In this document: positions 62,001 to 64,000 of the stretch, piece by piece | Layout: each line of letters starts with the position of its first letter | Numbering within the stretch: the stretch's first letter is position 1 | Source: Lytechinus pictus | Lineage: Eukaryota | Reading direction: 5' to 3' | DNA length: 64,000 nucleotides | NCBI RefSeq assembly: GCF_037042905.1 | Contig: NC_087252.1 | Span: 13,642,001-13,706,000 of the forward strand | Translations under genes and position numbers: made by a program | Notes under the pieces: generated by a model | Told to the model about the DNA's origin: nothing | The model's database searches: none | What the model saw: the letters and a program-made list of their open reading frames with translations, nothing else

Positions 62001-62573
62001 GCAGTGACCAGCAATTCCCAGATCCAAATATATGTGATGCAGATTACAAATTGTGGTTAATGGATATCAATGTTATGGATGTTAACAAACTTGCATTTTT
62101 CAAGCCAAAATCTCTCTGGTCACCAAGCACAATACACAAATGTGTTAAAATGGCCGTCCTTCCCTGTCATTGCTCAAACAAAATACATGTATAAAGAAAC
62201 GATGCAATGTATATTTTAATTTTGATGCGAATTTGATGAGTTTGTTATGGACGGTAGTTACTGCCACAGAAAATAGCCATTGTCAGTTTGTTAACTTTTT
62301 CATGCTAAAGTGTCACTGGCACCAAGCACATATATGGTGCAATTGATATCCATCCATAGTTAAAAAGTCATCTTACCCAAATCATTTTGAGGCAAAGATT
62401 CTGAGGCTTCAGGCCAAAATATGGTGAGGAGTCAAGGACTAAGAATTGCGACATTTTTCTGAGAATGACACTTATGAAGCTATTGCCTCTCACCTTCACC
62501 CGATCACTGTGGCTATTGATTTGATTTGTTTTGTTTGGTGGCACATTTCCTCATTTCATTTTGCATGACACAG

Positions 62574-62695
62574 GAAGGGGCGGAGCTTGAAATCGTTGAT
62601 CACCGAGGCTGGACCGCTCTATTTTACGCCACCTACAATGGCCATCAGAGTATGGTTCAGTTTCTGCTTGAAAATGGCGCACAGCCCAATGCTAG
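62574..62695 (+). CDS. ANKS3: ANKS3 coding exon 3 (EGAELEIVDHRGWTALFYATYNGHQSMVQFLLENGAQPNAR); gene continues beyond the window
   Basis: Ankyrin repeat GAELE..D..GWTALF; ACACAG acceptor, AG|GTGTG donor. Confidence 0.92.
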
Positions 62696-64000
62696 GTGTG
62701 TTTTGAAAGTCAAACAAATTATAAATATTGCCAGTTTGGTATTTTCTTCACATTTACAGTTTTGTTTGGAATCCAAGAAATAATTCTATTTCATTTTCAA
62801 GAACGGGTGTATATGGAGGGATTTTTTCTTTTGCTTTTATGATGGATTTGAATCGTTAGAAGTGATCTGTAGCAATTTCTGCACAAGATACAAGCTTGTT
62901 GAAGCACTAGTAACAATTCAATCAAACTTACCAACAACAACAACAATATCGATCATTAAAGACACCGCACACCTTACGATTAGTCTGCAATCCGATTTTG
63001 GAATAAAAACATAGTATAATCGGAAGCTAATGTTGAGACATGAAATATCTTACTGTGTAATGGTCGAAATCATCGTACGAATACCTATTTTCAAATTTGT
63101 GACTATGCTATCATCCTTTTTAGAATAAAGTGAATTATGACATCATAGCAGTCGTACGATTGGCTATGTTTTGAAACTAATTTGGCCTTTACTCCAAAAT
63201 TAAGGCTTGCAATCATTCAAATTGATATATTACGGTAGTATTCTTTCAGTTAATTTGATCCTCAAATAAAAATATACTTTTCATTCACATTTTCAAAAAA
63301 TGAGCAAAATGCGATTTGTTCCAAATTCGGAACGTGGACCATTCGTTAGGTGTGTGGTGGCCTAAAGATATCCACATTTGTACTACCTGGACCTGTAAAA
63401 CTATAGTTTATGCATTTTTTTGGGGGGGAAGTTGTCAGATTTGTTCATTATCCACATGCACACACTGCATTCCACACTTCTCATGGCTATTTTAATGTAA
63501 TAGGAGTAACATGTAACATGCACACACACAGAAAAGAAAACTTGTGCAGATTGCCATTCCATCATTTTTGCTTATCCGTGTGCATGTACCATTCTCAGTT
63601 GTAGCTTCTATTACATGTATTATCTATTCTATTACATGTAGTATCACTTGAGATGTTCATTCAACCGATGTTGCTTTTCTTACTGTGCTCAGTTTTCATT
63701 AATTTGCATTTTTCAAACCCATACTGGCTTTCATTTGCTTGCTTCTGAGTGTGAGTTCTATTATTTTGCTGTATCTGAGGCTCGACACATTCACATTACC
63801 TAGGTTAATCTAGGTTACATCTATTTTTGGGACAATATGTAAAGTGTAGGTCAAAGCTGCACCGAAGTATAGTTTTGCTTTAGATTAGACCAAAAAATTG
63901 ATTAATACACCCAGGGCTCGAATTAATTCAAGTGATGTATTCCAAGGTCATGGCCTCTGATGCCTGCCCTTCCACATATTTATAGAATTGGCCCAAATAT

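Overview
Eukaryotic, AT-rich, intron-rich animal genomic DNA. The repeat landscape suggests an invertebrate deuterostome, probably a sea urchin (inference, not verified). I reconstructed three spliced genes by hand from GT-AG sites and exon phase. PFDN2 (prefoldin subunit 2) is on the minus strand, 3 coding exons, 147 aa, complete. SRPRA (SRP receptor alpha) is on the minus strand, 14 coding exons, 643 aa, complete. ANKS3 is on the plus strand; only its first 3 coding exons are in the window and it is head-to-head with SRPRA. Most of the rest is non-autonomous DNA transposons/MITEs, tRNA-derived SINEs, Helentron-like elements and minisatellites, and I saw no transposase ORF. The most striking structures are: (1) a multi-level transposon nest at ~42.5-54.2 kb between the two divergent promoters, including two inverted copies of one 5-bp-TSD element that form a ~2.4-kb-arm inverted repeat; (2) a TIR-bounded element in SRPRA intron 1 carrying a 42-bp minisatellite fused to a (TTAGGG)n tract; (3) tandem partial-exon duplications in SRPRA that create decoy splice sites; (4) a near-perfect ~520-bp fold-back element with a 9-bp TSD in the ANKS3 5' intron. 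I found no convincing novel protein-coding system. TE superfamily labels rest on TIR/TSD signatures only.
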